The translations under genes and the position numbers were made by a program. 64,000 nt of DNA from an uncultured Campylobacter sp. (GTDB lineage Bacteria; Campylobacterota; Campylobacteria; Campylobacterales; Campylobacteraceae): the NCBI RefSeq assembly GCF_938045205.1, contig NZ_CALIMY010000138.1, forward strand, positions 8,619 to 72,618. Reading direction: 5' to 3'. The notes under the pieces were generated by a model, which ran no database searches, was not told the origin of the DNA, and was given only the letters and a program-made list of their open reading frames with translations. Position 1 is the first letter of the stretch. Each line of letters starts with the position of its first letter. This document shows positions 50,699 through 60,302 of the stretch, in pieces.

Positions 50699-51502
50699 AT
50701 GAAAAAAATTCTACTAAGTATTTTGCTGGGTGCTGGCGCGCTTTGCGCTAATTCCCTAGCAGATATCAAGCAAGCAGGCGAAATTCGCATAGGCTTGCAA
50801 GATTCCCAGCCTCCGTTTAGCTTCGATGATAACGGCACGCTGAAGGGCTTTGAGGTTGACTTGGCAAACGAGCTAGTCAAAAATCTATTTGGCAATAAAA
50901 AGATCAAAATCGACTTTATCGCCGTAGCATCTAAAGATCGCGTCCCCTCGCTAGAGCAAAATAAAGTAGATCTCATCATATCCAAGCTTACCGTCACAAA
51001 AGATCGCGTTCAGAAAGTCGATTTTTCTTACCCGTATTATTCAGTGCAAATTGGCGTGCTAAGCCGTAAGGATGATAATATTTCAAGAATCGATCAGATC
51101 GCGCATAAAAAAATTCTAAGCGTTAAAGGCACAACTGCCGAGGAGCACTTCAAAAACGCGGGCTATGAGATTGCGACATGTGCCGACGCGAATGAGTGCG
51201 TCGCTAGGCTAAAGGCTGGCGAGGGCATAGGCTTTGCCGACGATAATACGGTCGTACTCGGATACGCTAGAAACGACGCCACACTTGATGCAAAAATCAT
51301 CAACCTCGGCAAGGTAGATTATATCGCTGTTGCCCTATCTAAGGGCAATACCGAGCTACTTGATGCGGTTAATAGCAGCCTGGTAAAAATGTATAAAGCG
51401 AAATTTTTCCATAAGGCTTTTGACGAGGATATCAAGCCATACTACGGCGGCAAGATCGATAAAAAGCACTTTACGCTAGACGAGGTTTATAGCCTGTTTT
51501 AA
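50699..51502 (+). CDS. Family-3 amino-acid-binding protein, paralogue 4 (most divergent)
   Basis: It has IRIGLQDSQPPFS, TKDRVQKVDFSYPYY, CADANEC and KKHFTLDEVYSLF. Confidence 0.87.
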   Translation: MKKILLSILLGAGALCANSLADIKQAGEIRIGLQDSQPPFSFDDNGTLKGFEVDLANELVKNLFGNKKIKIDFIAVASKDRVPSLEQNKVDLIISKLTVTKDRVQKVDFSYPYYSVQIGVLSRKDDNISRIDQIAHKKILSVKGTTAEEHFKNAGYEIATCADANECVARLKAGEGIGFADDNTVVLGYARNDATLDAKIINLGKVDYIAVALSKGNTELLDAVNSSLVKMYKAKFFHKAFDEDIKPYYGGKIDKKHFTLDEVYSLF

Positions 51503-51552
51503 TTTAGACGTATTTAAAATTTTAAGGCGTCCTTTGACGTACAAACATACGC

Positions 51553-51584
51553 GCAGCTGCGATATTTGATCGCAGCTCGCTTTT
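51553..51584 (+). terminator. Rho-independent terminator after the binding-protein array
   Basis: The stem pairs GCAGCTGCGAT with ATCGCAGCT(C)GC, with a 5-nt loop and one bulge, and is followed by TTTT (51581-51584). A second GC hairpin, GCCGCC...GGCGGC, follows. Confidence 0.6.
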
Positions 51585-51724
51585 GCCGCCAAGGCTTCGG
51601 CGGCAATTTATAATTTAAATTCCGTATTTTTACGGATCCCGGTTGCGATATAAAATTTTATGAGATTTTGATATGCAGTTACGAAAGATTGTGGCTTATA
51701 AAAGATAGCCGGTCGCAAGAAATT

Positions 51725-52681
51725 CTAATCCGAGTAGTAAAATTTTATATCCTTTTTCAGTTGCATCGGCAATATATTAAATTTAGCCCTAAAAATTTTA
51801 GAAAAATGCGATAAATTATTGTATCCGACCATTTTAGCAGCTTCGTTTACGCTGATTTGATCTAGACTTAATAGCTCTTTTGCAATTCCAAGCCGCTCAT
51901 TTGTCAGCATTGCATAAACGCTCGTGCCAAAATATGCTTTAAAATCCCTTTTTAGTGCAAATTCGTTCGTGGCGCAAAGATGAGCAAGCTCTTTAATGCT
52001 AGGTGGATTTTGCATATTTTCGAGTAATATTTTCTTTGCTTTTTGGACTGTTTTTATGCGATTTTCATCAAGATTAAGCGCATTTTCGGGCTCATTAAAT
52101 TTATGAAAACTTCTATAAAGCATCTCTAAAATTTTACTTTCCATAAAAATTTCGCGCATTTTGCCGTCGTATATCGCGGCATTTTCGATTTCTTTAAGGA
52201 TGATATTTTGCACGGCGCTTGTTTTAAATTTCTTCATGCAAACGGCTTGATCTAAATTCAAATTTTTTAAAATTCCCAGCTCATTCGCAAAAGCGGTGCT
52301 AAGCGCTATGCATGAGCTTTTATAGTGTTTATTTTCAAGCTCGTGAACGCCACGCAATTTGCTTTGCATAGTTCCGAGCCAAAACTCACCTTTATTCAAG
52401 ACGAATTGATCTTTATCCGATCTGAAGCAGATAGGATTTTCGCCCGTATTGAAAAATAAAAATGAATAGCGGCTGCCCCGTTCGTGGCGATGCAAAAGGA
52501 AATCTCTGCAAATTATATCGCTGCTATAATATCCTATCTCTCCGCCCGTATAAAAAGAGCTAAAGCCGAATTTTATACTTTCGCTTTCAAGCTCGGTTTT
52601 GTTATACCCACATTGCTTGGACGGCTCAATGTCGTTAGATATTTTTTGTAAAAAATCATCTAAACTTATCTCTTTACTCAT
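51725..52681 (-). CDS. AraC-family transcriptional regulator
   Basis: 318 aa. The C-terminal double HTH includes IKELAHLCATNEFALKRDFKAYFG and AAKMVGYNNLSHFSKIFRAKFN. It is divergent from a TonB-dependent receptor gene. Confidence 0.9.
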   Translation of the reverse strand: MSKEISLDDFLQKISNDIEPSKQCGYNKTELESESIKFGFSSFYTGGEIGYYSSDIICRDFLLHRHERGSRYSFLFFNTGENPICFRSDKDQFVLNKGEFWLGTMQSKLRGVHELENKHYKSSCIALSTAFANELGILKNLNLDQAVCMKKFKTSAVQNIILKEIENAAIYDGKMREIFMESKILEMLYRSFHKFNEPENALNLDENRIKTVQKAKKILLENMQNPPSIKELAHLCATNEFALKRDFKAYFGTSVYAMLTNERLGIAKELLSLDQISVNEAAKMVGYNNLSHFSKIFRAKFNILPMQLKKDIKFYYSD

Positions 52682-52730
52682 CTTATCCCTTTAGCGTTTA
52701 AAATAATCCCTCTGCCGTTTAGTATTTCTT

Positions 52731-52750
52731 GATAATGCATATCTTATTAT
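52731..52750. promoter_or_regulatory. Fur-box-like site
   Basis: The first 19 nt (52731-52749, GATAATGCATATCTTATTA) of GATAATGCATATCTTATTAT match the classical 19-mer GATAATGATAATCATTATC at 14 of 19 positions. The site lies in the AraC/receptor divergent intergenic region. Confidence 0.5.
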
Positions 52751-52790
52751 AGTAAAATGAGTTTAAATTTTAATAATAAAAGGGGCGTTT

Positions 52791-54761
52791 GTGCGCGCAA
52801 TATATAAATTATCGCTGATTGCTGCTATAGCGACAGCCGGAATATCGAGCGAGATAGAAAAACAGGACAAAAGCGTAAATTTGGGCGAAATTACCGTAGT
52901 CAGTGCTACGGGCTATCGGCAAAATATCCAAGACGCACCCGCTTCTATCTCCGTTCTTACGCAAAAAGAGATACAAAAGCGCAACTACCAAGATATCTCC
53001 GCAATGGTAGAGGACTTGCCGAGTGCCTTTACCGCAACGCTAGGCGCTGCATCGAGAAAAGGCATAAGCCTAAGAGGTCTGTCTCAAAAATATACGAAAA
53101 TTTTAATCGACGGCAAGCCCGCGACCAGCGATAGCGCTTATAAAGGATTAAGAAGTATTGGCAGTAGCCAGAATTTCTTGCCTCCCGCAAATGCGATAGA
53201 GCGCATAGAGGTCATCCGCGGTCCTATGAGCTCGCTTTACGGCAGCGACGCTATGGGCGGAGTAATAAATATCATCACCAAGGGCTTTTCAAATGAGCCT
53301 AGCGGCAATGTAAACGGATACTATACTTTCGCTAAAAAATCGCAAATAAAAGGTGATTATCAAACGGGTTTTTATCTAAACGGAGCTATCGTCCCGGACG
53401 TGCTAGGTATCGCACTTTACGGCAGATTTTTTGAAAAGATAGAGGATAAAGAGCCTTATGCGAATAGAAATAATGAAGAGACGAATATAGGCGCAAAACT
53501 GATGTATAACGTAACGCAAAATGATGAGGTAACGCTTGATTATCGTAAAGTAAATAATAAATTTAGGCGTACATACGGGCGTACGCGAACAATCTCGGGA
53601 GGCAATAACGATATTGCGAAAGAGGATATGAAAGGCTACACTGCAAGCCTGTCTCACCAGGGAAAATACGATAAGTTTATGATAGATAGCTATGCAAACT
53701 ACGATAGCATGAAAGAAAGCGGCGCCCAGGATCTGCGTCTTAGAACGACTACGTTAAATTCTAAAGGCTCATATTTTTTCGATTCAAATGCTTTGAGTTT
53801 GGGCGTACAATATCGAAGCGAGAGATTAAACGAAGCCGCTACTACCGCAGATGAGGCAAATGTCAAAAGATGGGATTATTCGATCTACGGCGAGGATGAT
53901 TTTTATCTAACTGATGATTTAACACTAACCGGCGGAATCAGATATAACCGCGATAAGGACTATGGCGGCCATATATCGCCGCGCGCTTATGCCGTTTATC
54001 GTTTAAACGAAAGTTTTTCTATTAAAGGCGGCGTTTCGACGGGATATTCAACTCCGGATATTAAGCAGCGTAGCGAGGGCCTTGCCCTGCCATTTGCAGG
54101 AGGCCAGGGAGCGCAGATAGGCAGAAGCTCTTTAAAGCCTGAAAGCAGCATAAGCTACGAAGGCGGGTTTTCTTACGACGATAACGATAAATTTAACTTT
54201 AGCGCTACCGCGTTTTATACCAAAATCAAAGATGGAATTTCTACCAAATTAATTTGCCGCCCAAGACCGGGAAATCCTTGCGTGCATAACGGCAAAACTT
54301 ACAGACGCGGTATTTGGGACACTATAAATATCGGGGAAGCCGAGGTTAGGGGTCTAGAGCTAAGTAGCGATTATCAAATTTTAAATAATTTGAAGCTGCA
54401 TGCAAACTACGCCTATACGAAATCCGAGCAAAAAACGGGTAGCGAGAAGGGCAAAACCTTAAATAATTTTCCAATCCATTCGGTAAAGCTAGGATTTGAT
54501 TACGACGTAAGCTCCAAGCTAAATTTATGGTCGCAAATAAATTATTATAGTAGGACGCGCGATAGCCTAAGCTACGATGAGGATATCCGCTCATACACGC
54601 TTTTTGATCTGGGCGCGAGCTATAAAGTCACAAAAGACGCAAGTTTAAATTTTACGCTTTATAACATATTCAACGAATTCGTACTAACGCGCTCGGGAAA
54701 TTATCAAATGATGGTCGTAGACGGGATGAAGGCGCAGGTTGGATTTAACGTGAACTTTTAA
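52791..54761 (+). CDS. TonB-dependent receptor (CirA/FepA-like)
   Basis: GTG start. It has the TonB-box-like LGEITVVSATG, the plug segment IEVIRGPMSSLYGSDAMGGVINIITKG and the barrel end KAQVGFNVNF. Confidence 0.92.
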   Translation: MRAIYKLSLIAAIATAGISSEIEKQDKSVNLGEITVVSATGYRQNIQDAPASISVLTQKEIQKRNYQDISAMVEDLPSAFTATLGAASRKGISLRGLSQKYTKILIDGKPATSDSAYKGLRSIGSSQNFLPPANAIERIEVIRGPMSSLYGSDAMGGVINIITKGFSNEPSGNVNGYYTFAKKSQIKGDYQTGFYLNGAIVPDVLGIALYGRFFEKIEDKEPYANRNNEETNIGAKLMYNVTQNDEVTLDYRKVNNKFRRTYGRTRTISGGNNDIAKEDMKGYTASLSHQGKYDKFMIDSYANYDSMKESGAQDLRLRTTTLNSKGSYFFDSNALSLGVQYRSERLNEAATTADEANVKRWDYSIYGEDDFYLTDDLTLTGGIRYNRDKDYGGHISPRAYAVYRLNESFSIKGGVSTGYSTPDIKQRSEGLALPFAGGQGAQIGRSSLKPESSISYEGGFSYDDNDKFNFSATAFYTKIKDGISTKLICRPRPGNPCVHNGKTYRRGIWDTINIGEAEVRGLELSSDYQILNNLKLHANYAYTKSEQKTGSEKGKTLNNFPIHSVKLGFDYDVSSKLNLWSQINYYSRTRDSLSYDEDIRSYTLFDLGASYKVTKDASLNFTLYNIFNEFVLTRSGNYQMMVVDGMKAQVGFNVNF

Positions 54762-54810
54762 ATTCGCGGCGCATAAATTTCGTCCGCGGATTTAAAATTT
54801 AAGGAAATTA

Positions 54811-55956
54811 ATGGCGATTCTAAAAAGGAAAAAATTTTGGTTCAACGTCCATCTTGTTTTGACGCTTATATGCTGCGTACCGATCTTAATCATAGCCCTT
54901 AGCGGCGCTATTATCTCGTATCATGATGAGATTATAGATGCGTTAAATCAAAGCAAATCTTTCGTGCGCCCGAGCGAAAAAGACGCTCTTAAGCCCGCCG
55001 AAATTTTAAATATTTTCAGAAAAGTCAAGCCCGGTTTTACGCTCAGTTATTATAGGATTCCTCAAAATAAAAACGAAGCGATTAGGCTTTCTGGCACAGA
55101 TTCTAGCGGCGAGTTTAAATCATATTTTATAGATCCTTATAACGGCGAAATTACTTCGGAAAATATAGGCGATACGTTTATCGGCGTAATGCTAAACCTA
55201 CATACCAATCTGGGATTTGGGCTAAGCAAAAACGAAACTCTGCGGGTAATAGGCAAAAATATCGTGGCGCTTAGCACGGTTATGTTTATTTTGGTCTTAA
55301 TTTCAGGCGTGGTGATCTATTATCCTAGCTTTAGAGGAAAGATTTTACGCGCATTTAGGATAAATTTTAAAGCGAGAGGTTACACGTTTTTATATAGCTT
55401 GCACGGCGCGGTCGGAGCTTTGCTACTGCCCGTTTTGCTTACGATAAGCGCTAGTGGGCTTTATTGGTCGTATGATTGGATAGCCAAAATCACCAACAGA
55501 GCGCTAGGCGAAAAGGAAATTTTTAGAAAAACGAGTTTTACCGAAGTGCGAGGATTTTCGCTCGAGGATGAAGATAAAATTTTAAATTTGCAGACGGCAC
55601 TTGATATTTTTAAGCGTGAACGCGGTGAAAACTACGAATTCTTTAACATCATCGCTCAAAAAGATGGAGAAAATTTTATGATCTTTTATTTCGATAAAGG
55701 CGAAGAGAGCGAAAAGCATATGAACACGATGAGCGTGAACGTTAAAAAGGGCATCTTGCGGCATGCTCGCTATGATGATGCGAAAAGCACCATGCCGCGC
55801 CCTTTTGCTATACATAAAGCCGTTTTGAGCGTGCATTCGGGCTATATCTTCGGCGAGGCGGGTAAGTTCTTATTTTGCGTAGCGGCGATTTCAGTGTTAT
55901 TTTTTATAGTTACGGGATTTTGGATGAGCATAAAAAGAATTTATAAGAAAAGATAA
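54811..55956 (+). CDS. PepSY-associated TM-helix protein (PiuB-like)
   Basis: 381 aa. The N-terminus KKFWFNVHLVLTLI and the overall TM pattern resemble PepSY_TM proteins that accompany siderophore receptors. Confidence 0.82.
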   Translation: MAILKRKKFWFNVHLVLTLICCVPILIIALSGAIISYHDEIIDALNQSKSFVRPSEKDALKPAEILNIFRKVKPGFTLSYYRIPQNKNEAIRLSGTDSSGEFKSYFIDPYNGEITSENIGDTFIGVMLNLHTNLGFGLSKNETLRVIGKNIVALSTVMFILVLISGVVIYYPSFRGKILRAFRINFKARGYTFLYSLHGAVGALLLPVLLTISASGLYWSYDWIAKITNRALGEKEIFRKTSFTEVRGFSLEDEDKILNLQTALDIFKRERGENYEFFNIIAQKDGENFMIFYFDKGEESEKHMNTMSVNVKKGILRHARYDDAKSTMPRPFAIHKAVLSVHSGYIFGEAGKFLFCVAAISVLFFIVTGFWMSIKRIYKKR

Positions 55957-56145
55957 GTCTACGAATTCAAAGCGGAGAGATAGCTTATCCGCGGCGTAAA
56001 TTTAAAATTTTACCCGAAGCAATATCGCTTCTTTTCAGCTAATAAAATTTTATGTGTAGCGCTTTGAAATACTATGTGCAGAGTCTTTTTAAGCCTTGCG
56101 CCGCATCTTGATTTTGTTAAATTTGCTTTGGCGTTTTAACTGCAT

Positions 56146-57078
56146 TCATTTGCCGCTCATAAAATCTCTAATATTTTGCGCGATCATTTTTATTAGCCGC
56201 TTGCGAGCCTCTATGCTCGCCCATGCTATGTGAGGCGTGATGATGACATTGCAGCGATTTTTTACTCGCAGCAGCGGATGATCCGCCTTCATCGGCTCTG
56301 TTTGCAGCACGTCAAGCGCCGTGCGTAGGCCTCGCTCGTCCACGGCGCGAGCCAGCGCGTCCTCATCCACGATGCCGCCGCGGCCGAAATTCATCAAGAT
56401 CGCCCCCTCTTTCATCTTCGCAAGCTCCGCCTCGCCGATCAATCCCGCCGTTTTTTCATTTAGCGGGGCGTGTATCGAGATGATATCACAAGCTCTCAAA
56501 AGCGCATCCAAGCTCACTCTGGCAAACTCGCCGTTATCGTTCGCGCCGCTGGTGGAGTAGTATCTCACGTTCGCGCCGAATGCGGCGGCGATGCGGGCGA
56601 CCTTTGCGCCGATCTGTCCAAGCCCGATGACGCCGAATTCTTTGCCGTAAATTTCGCTGATGGGCGCGTCAATGTGAGTAAAAATTTCGCTCTCGCACCA
56701 TTTGCCGCTACTGCCGTAATCCGCGTAGTATCCGAGCGCGTTGGTTAGCGCAAACAGCGACGCGAATGTCTGCTGCACGACGCTGTTCGTCGAATAGCCC
56801 GCCACGTTTTTCACCGCGATGCCGCGAGCCTGCGCGGCCTGCATGTCGATGTTATTCGTGCCCGTGGCGCTGACGCAGATCAGCTTAAGCGCGGTTTGCG
56901 CCATGATCTCATCCGTGATTAGGACTTTGTTGGTTATGACGACGCCCGCGCCGGCTAGGCGCTGTGCGGTTTGCGCGGGCTCGGTCATTTCGTAACTTTC
57001 AAACTCGCCCAAGCTCGCGATCTCGCTAAGATCGGCATTGCTTCCCAGCGTCGCGGCATCCAAACATACGATTTTCAT
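56146..57078 (-). CDS. D-isomer-specific 2-hydroxyacid dehydrogenase (glycerate dehydrogenase-like)
   Basis: It has the NAD fold GVIGLGQIGAKVARIAAAFGANV, the catalytic region FGRGGIVDE and ITPHIAWAS. Confidence 0.9.
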   Translation of the reverse strand: MKIVCLDAATLGSNADLSEIASLGEFESYEMTEPAQTAQRLAGAGVVITNKVLITDEIMAQTALKLICVSATGTNNIDMQAAQARGIAVKNVAGYSTNSVVQQTFASLFALTNALGYYADYGSSGKWCESEIFTHIDAPISEIYGKEFGVIGLGQIGAKVARIAAAFGANVRYYSTSGANDNGEFARVSLDALLRACDIISIHAPLNEKTAGLIGEAELAKMKEGAILMNFGRGGIVDEDALARAVDERGLRTALDVLQTEPMKADHPLLRVKNRCNVIITPHIAWASIEARKRLIKMIAQNIRDFMSGK

Positions 57079-57659
57079 ATTTCCCCCTTTGCGTTTTAAA
57101 ATTTTAAGTCGTAGCAGCGCGGCTAAATTTAGCCGTCAAATTTCGTTGCGCGGTCGGAGCGCGGCGCTTAAACGGTAAATTTTAACCTGCAAAATTTAGC
57201 TATTGCGGAAATTTGCTCTCGCGAAATTTTATTATCGCGAATTCCGCTCTTGCTAAAATTTTAATGCTCGCAGCGCTCGGGGCGTTAAATTTTAGAATTT
57301 TAATTCGCATAGAAATAAGCGGTAAGTTTTACCGCCGCTAAACCCTGCGTCTAAATTTTGAAATTCTAATTTGCGCCGAAGTGAGAGATCAATTTTTGCC
57401 GCTCGCGTTTAAATTTTAAAATTTAGCTCGCGCAAATCTTGCTCTGCACGGAATTTAGTTCGCGTCATTTAGCCTGCTCGAAATTTTATCTGCGCAGAAT
57501 TCCAGTAGCGACGCTACGTTAAATTTTGCCGTAGCCTCCAGCGTTAAATTTCACCGCCGCCCAGCGATAAAATTTACCGCCGCGAGAGCCTTGCCGCCAA
57601 AGCTACTGCCAAAATACTCCGCCTTAAAATTTCTCAAATTTTTAAAATTTGCCGCGCCG
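57079..57659. repeat. RAATTY/AAATTT repeat field
   Basis: No ORF. AAATTT/GAATTC/AAATTC cores recur every 10-25 nt between GC-rich words, and there is an exact AAATTTTAAAATTT at about 57413. Confidence 0.7.
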
Positions 57660-58844
57660 CTACTTCGCGTCCTCGATGTAGTGCCCCACAAATTTTGAGA
57701 GATTATTGAGTATCTCGCCGCCCTTGCGGAAGCCTAGCGCGCAGCCCTCAAAGGCGAAAAATACCCCCGCTTGGTAGCTCTGGGCGCGCTCGTCTTTGTT
57801 TAGCTCGTAAAATTCCTGATATAAAAATTTCTGATTTCCGTAGTCGCCGCCGTTTTCCTCTATCTTTCTGCCGTCGGCGTCGAAAATTGCCACATTCGCC
57901 CCCTCACGCGCCAAAAACGGCTTTTTGATCATCTTTTTGCCGATGATCGGCGAAAAGGAGCTTTGCAGCAGCAGCGGGTGGTTTGGATACAGATCCCACA
58001 GGATTTTCATAATCCCCTTGCTTTGAAAAAGCAGCGTGTATGCGGGGTTTAAAATGATCGCCTTTTGATTTTGCACGATGTTTTTTAGCAGTATCGCAAG
58101 CTCGCCCTCCTCGATCGCGATCGCCTCCCAAGGGATCAGCTTAAACCAATACTCGTAGTTTTCGCCGTCAAAAAACACGCCCTCTTCGTCGTTAAATTCC
58201 ACCTCGTCCACGTAGGCAAAGCGCGTCTTAAAGCCCGCATCCTCCGCGGTCTGCTGCAAAAGCTTCGTCGTCTTTTCATCCTCGACGTTGCCCGCGACGC
58301 TGCTAAATAGAATTTTCCACCCCTCATAAAATTTAGAAAAGTCCTCGAGCTCGCCGTCAAGCACCACAAGCCGCTTGAAATTATCGCGCAGCGCGTCGTA
58401 GAGGTCGTTGAACTGGCTCGCCTCGTCCATACCGTTTTCTTTGAGCATCGCCCACTGGATGATCGCCGTCTCAAACACCGCCGTGGGCGTGTCGGCGTTA
58501 AATTCTATCAGCTTGATCGGCTTGCCGTCCAGCCCGCCTGCGAAATCGAAGCGCCCGTATAGGTGCCAGTGCACCTCGTTTTCCCAGCTTTGCTTGATTA
58601 GATCGACGAGGTTGAAGGGGATGCCTAGCTCGTGGAAGAGGTTATTGTCGATGACGTGCTGCGCAGCTGCGACAAACATCTCGTATAGCTCGTTTGCGGC
58701 CTCATAATACGCATCCGCCTCCGCAGCGCTCACGCACACGATCTCGTCGCTGACGTAAGGGGTCTCGTCTGCGTCCGTGTGCCAGTAAAAGCCGAGCTTT
58801 TCGAGATACTCGTTGCTTAACGGCGTTATCTTTTTTAGTTGCAT
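57660..58844 (-). CDS. Glutathionylspermidine-synthase-family (pre-ATP-grasp, YgiC/YjfC-like) protein
   Basis: 394 aa. Its length and segments such as LIEFNADTPT fit the Gss synthetase-domain family. Confidence 0.85.
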   Translation of the reverse strand: MQLKKITPLSNEYLEKLGFYWHTDADETPYVSDEIVCVSAAEADAYYEAANELYEMFVAAAQHVIDNNLFHELGIPFNLVDLIKQSWENEVHWHLYGRFDFAGGLDGKPIKLIEFNADTPTAVFETAIIQWAMLKENGMDEASQFNDLYDALRDNFKRLVVLDGELEDFSKFYEGWKILFSSVAGNVEDEKTTKLLQQTAEDAGFKTRFAYVDEVEFNDEEGVFFDGENYEYWFKLIPWEAIAIEEGELAILLKNIVQNQKAIILNPAYTLLFQSKGIMKILWDLYPNHPLLLQSSFSPIIGKKMIKKPFLAREGANVAIFDADGRKIEENGGDYGNQKFLYQEFYELNKDERAQSYQAGVFFAFEGCALGFRKGGEILNNLSKFVGHYIEDAK

Positions 58845-59714
58845 AGATTTTCCTTTTTATGTAAATTTTAAAATTCCGCCCGCAGCGCAAAACAAATATA
58901 GCACTAGTCGCTGCCGGCGTATCTTGCGAGCGCGGCGAAGCAGAATAAAACGCGAGCTACGAGCTCGCACCTCTAAGCGCACCAGTTAATCAGAGCTCGG
59001 CGGGCGAGCGGTGCATTGCTCCGCTGCAGAGCGGCGCCTCTTTTGCAAGAAATACACCCTTGCAAGTAGCCCCTCCTCGGCTTCCTCAAAAACTGCGGCA
59101 CGACTTGATCATGCGCCGCTGCGATCAGGATTTCGCCCGGGTAAAATTTACTCACTTTAGCACTGCTCGGCGATATAAAATTTGTCGCAATAGGCGCCGC
59201 GATACGAAATTCCGATTGCAGATGCGGTGATCAAAACTCCCGTCACAGCACGGCCTCGCTCGCCTTAATGTCGCGTCGCAATATAAAATTTTATCGCACG
59301 ACGCTGCCTTTCATATCAAAATTTCGCCGCGTGGCAATACCTCAGTAAAAAATGCGATCCGATGCGCTCGGCAGCGGGCGCGAATTCCGCCTCATCATGA
59401 CATCGCCGCGGCAATAATTACAAACTGCTATACGCATAGTGACGCGTAATTTTATCTTGACGCAACCTCGCCGCGTAAGGATTGTAAATCACTACGCGCA
59501 CCGTAGAATTTTTTCTAGCGACAACGCATCCGAAGAACACTGCCCCCGAGCGATACGAAATTTCGTCGTATCAAATTTCACCAAAGACGTGCAGCGCGGA
59601 GCGCGCTTTCGTTTTAGCTAAAATTCTGCTGCGACGGAATTTTGCTCGCTTTCAAGTGCCGCGTGTTAAAATTTAAACTCGCCGCGCAGAGCCGCCGTAT
59701 ACTTCAAAGCGCGC

Positions 59715-60302
59715 TTAACCGCCGAAAAATCCGCCGCTCTTGCCGCTCTTGCTTCCGCCGAAAAACCCGCTCTTGCCGCTTCGCGCTTTGGCGTTTTGCT
59801 GCTTTGCTTGATTGAAGCTATCGACGCTTCTGGAGTAGGCACTCGGGCTTTTGTAGGCGGTTTGGCGCTGGCTTTGATAGGCGGGGTTGTTAAACAGCTT
59901 GCCGCCGATCCACGAGCCGATGATGGCGCCCGCGGCGCTTGCCAAGATCGCTTCGCCCAGGCTCATGCCGCCGCTGCTAAGCTGCGCATTTTGGTTTGTT
60001 AAATTTGAAGTGCCGGCGTCGATTTTAGCGTTTTCCTCGGCTAGAAGGGCTTTGGTCTCCTCATCGCTTAAAATTCTCTCCGTGCCGTCGAGCGATTTTA
60101 GGATGATCTGGGTCTTTTCGCTCGGAAATTCCTCTAAAATTTTATATTTTCCCGGCGCGATCTCTTCGAGCCTAACGAGCGCGCCCTCCTGCAAGCGGAC
60201 GTTTTGCTCCTGCTCCTTGTCGTCGCAGCCCGCTAGCGAGCCCGCCATAACGAGACCGAAGCCCCCTGCTAGCGCGTATGCCGCGATTTTGCGTAGTTTC
60301 AT
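59715..60302 (-). CDS. UPF0323-family lipoprotein (glycine-zipper C-terminus)
   Basis: It has the lipobox LAGC (MKLRKIAAYALAGGFGLVMAGSLAGCDD) and a Gly-rich tail. This family is the partner of Gss-like genes in Campylobacter and Helicobacter. Confidence 0.78.
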   Translation of the reverse strand: MKLRKIAAYALAGGFGLVMAGSLAGCDDKEQEQNVRLQEGALVRLEEIAPGKYKILEEFPSEKTQIILKSLDGTERILSDEETKALLAEENAKIDAGTSNLTNQNAQLSSGGMSLGEAILASAAGAIIGSWIGGKLFNNPAYQSQRQTAYKSPSAYSRSVDSFNQAKQQNAKARSGKSGFFGGSKSGKSGGFFGG

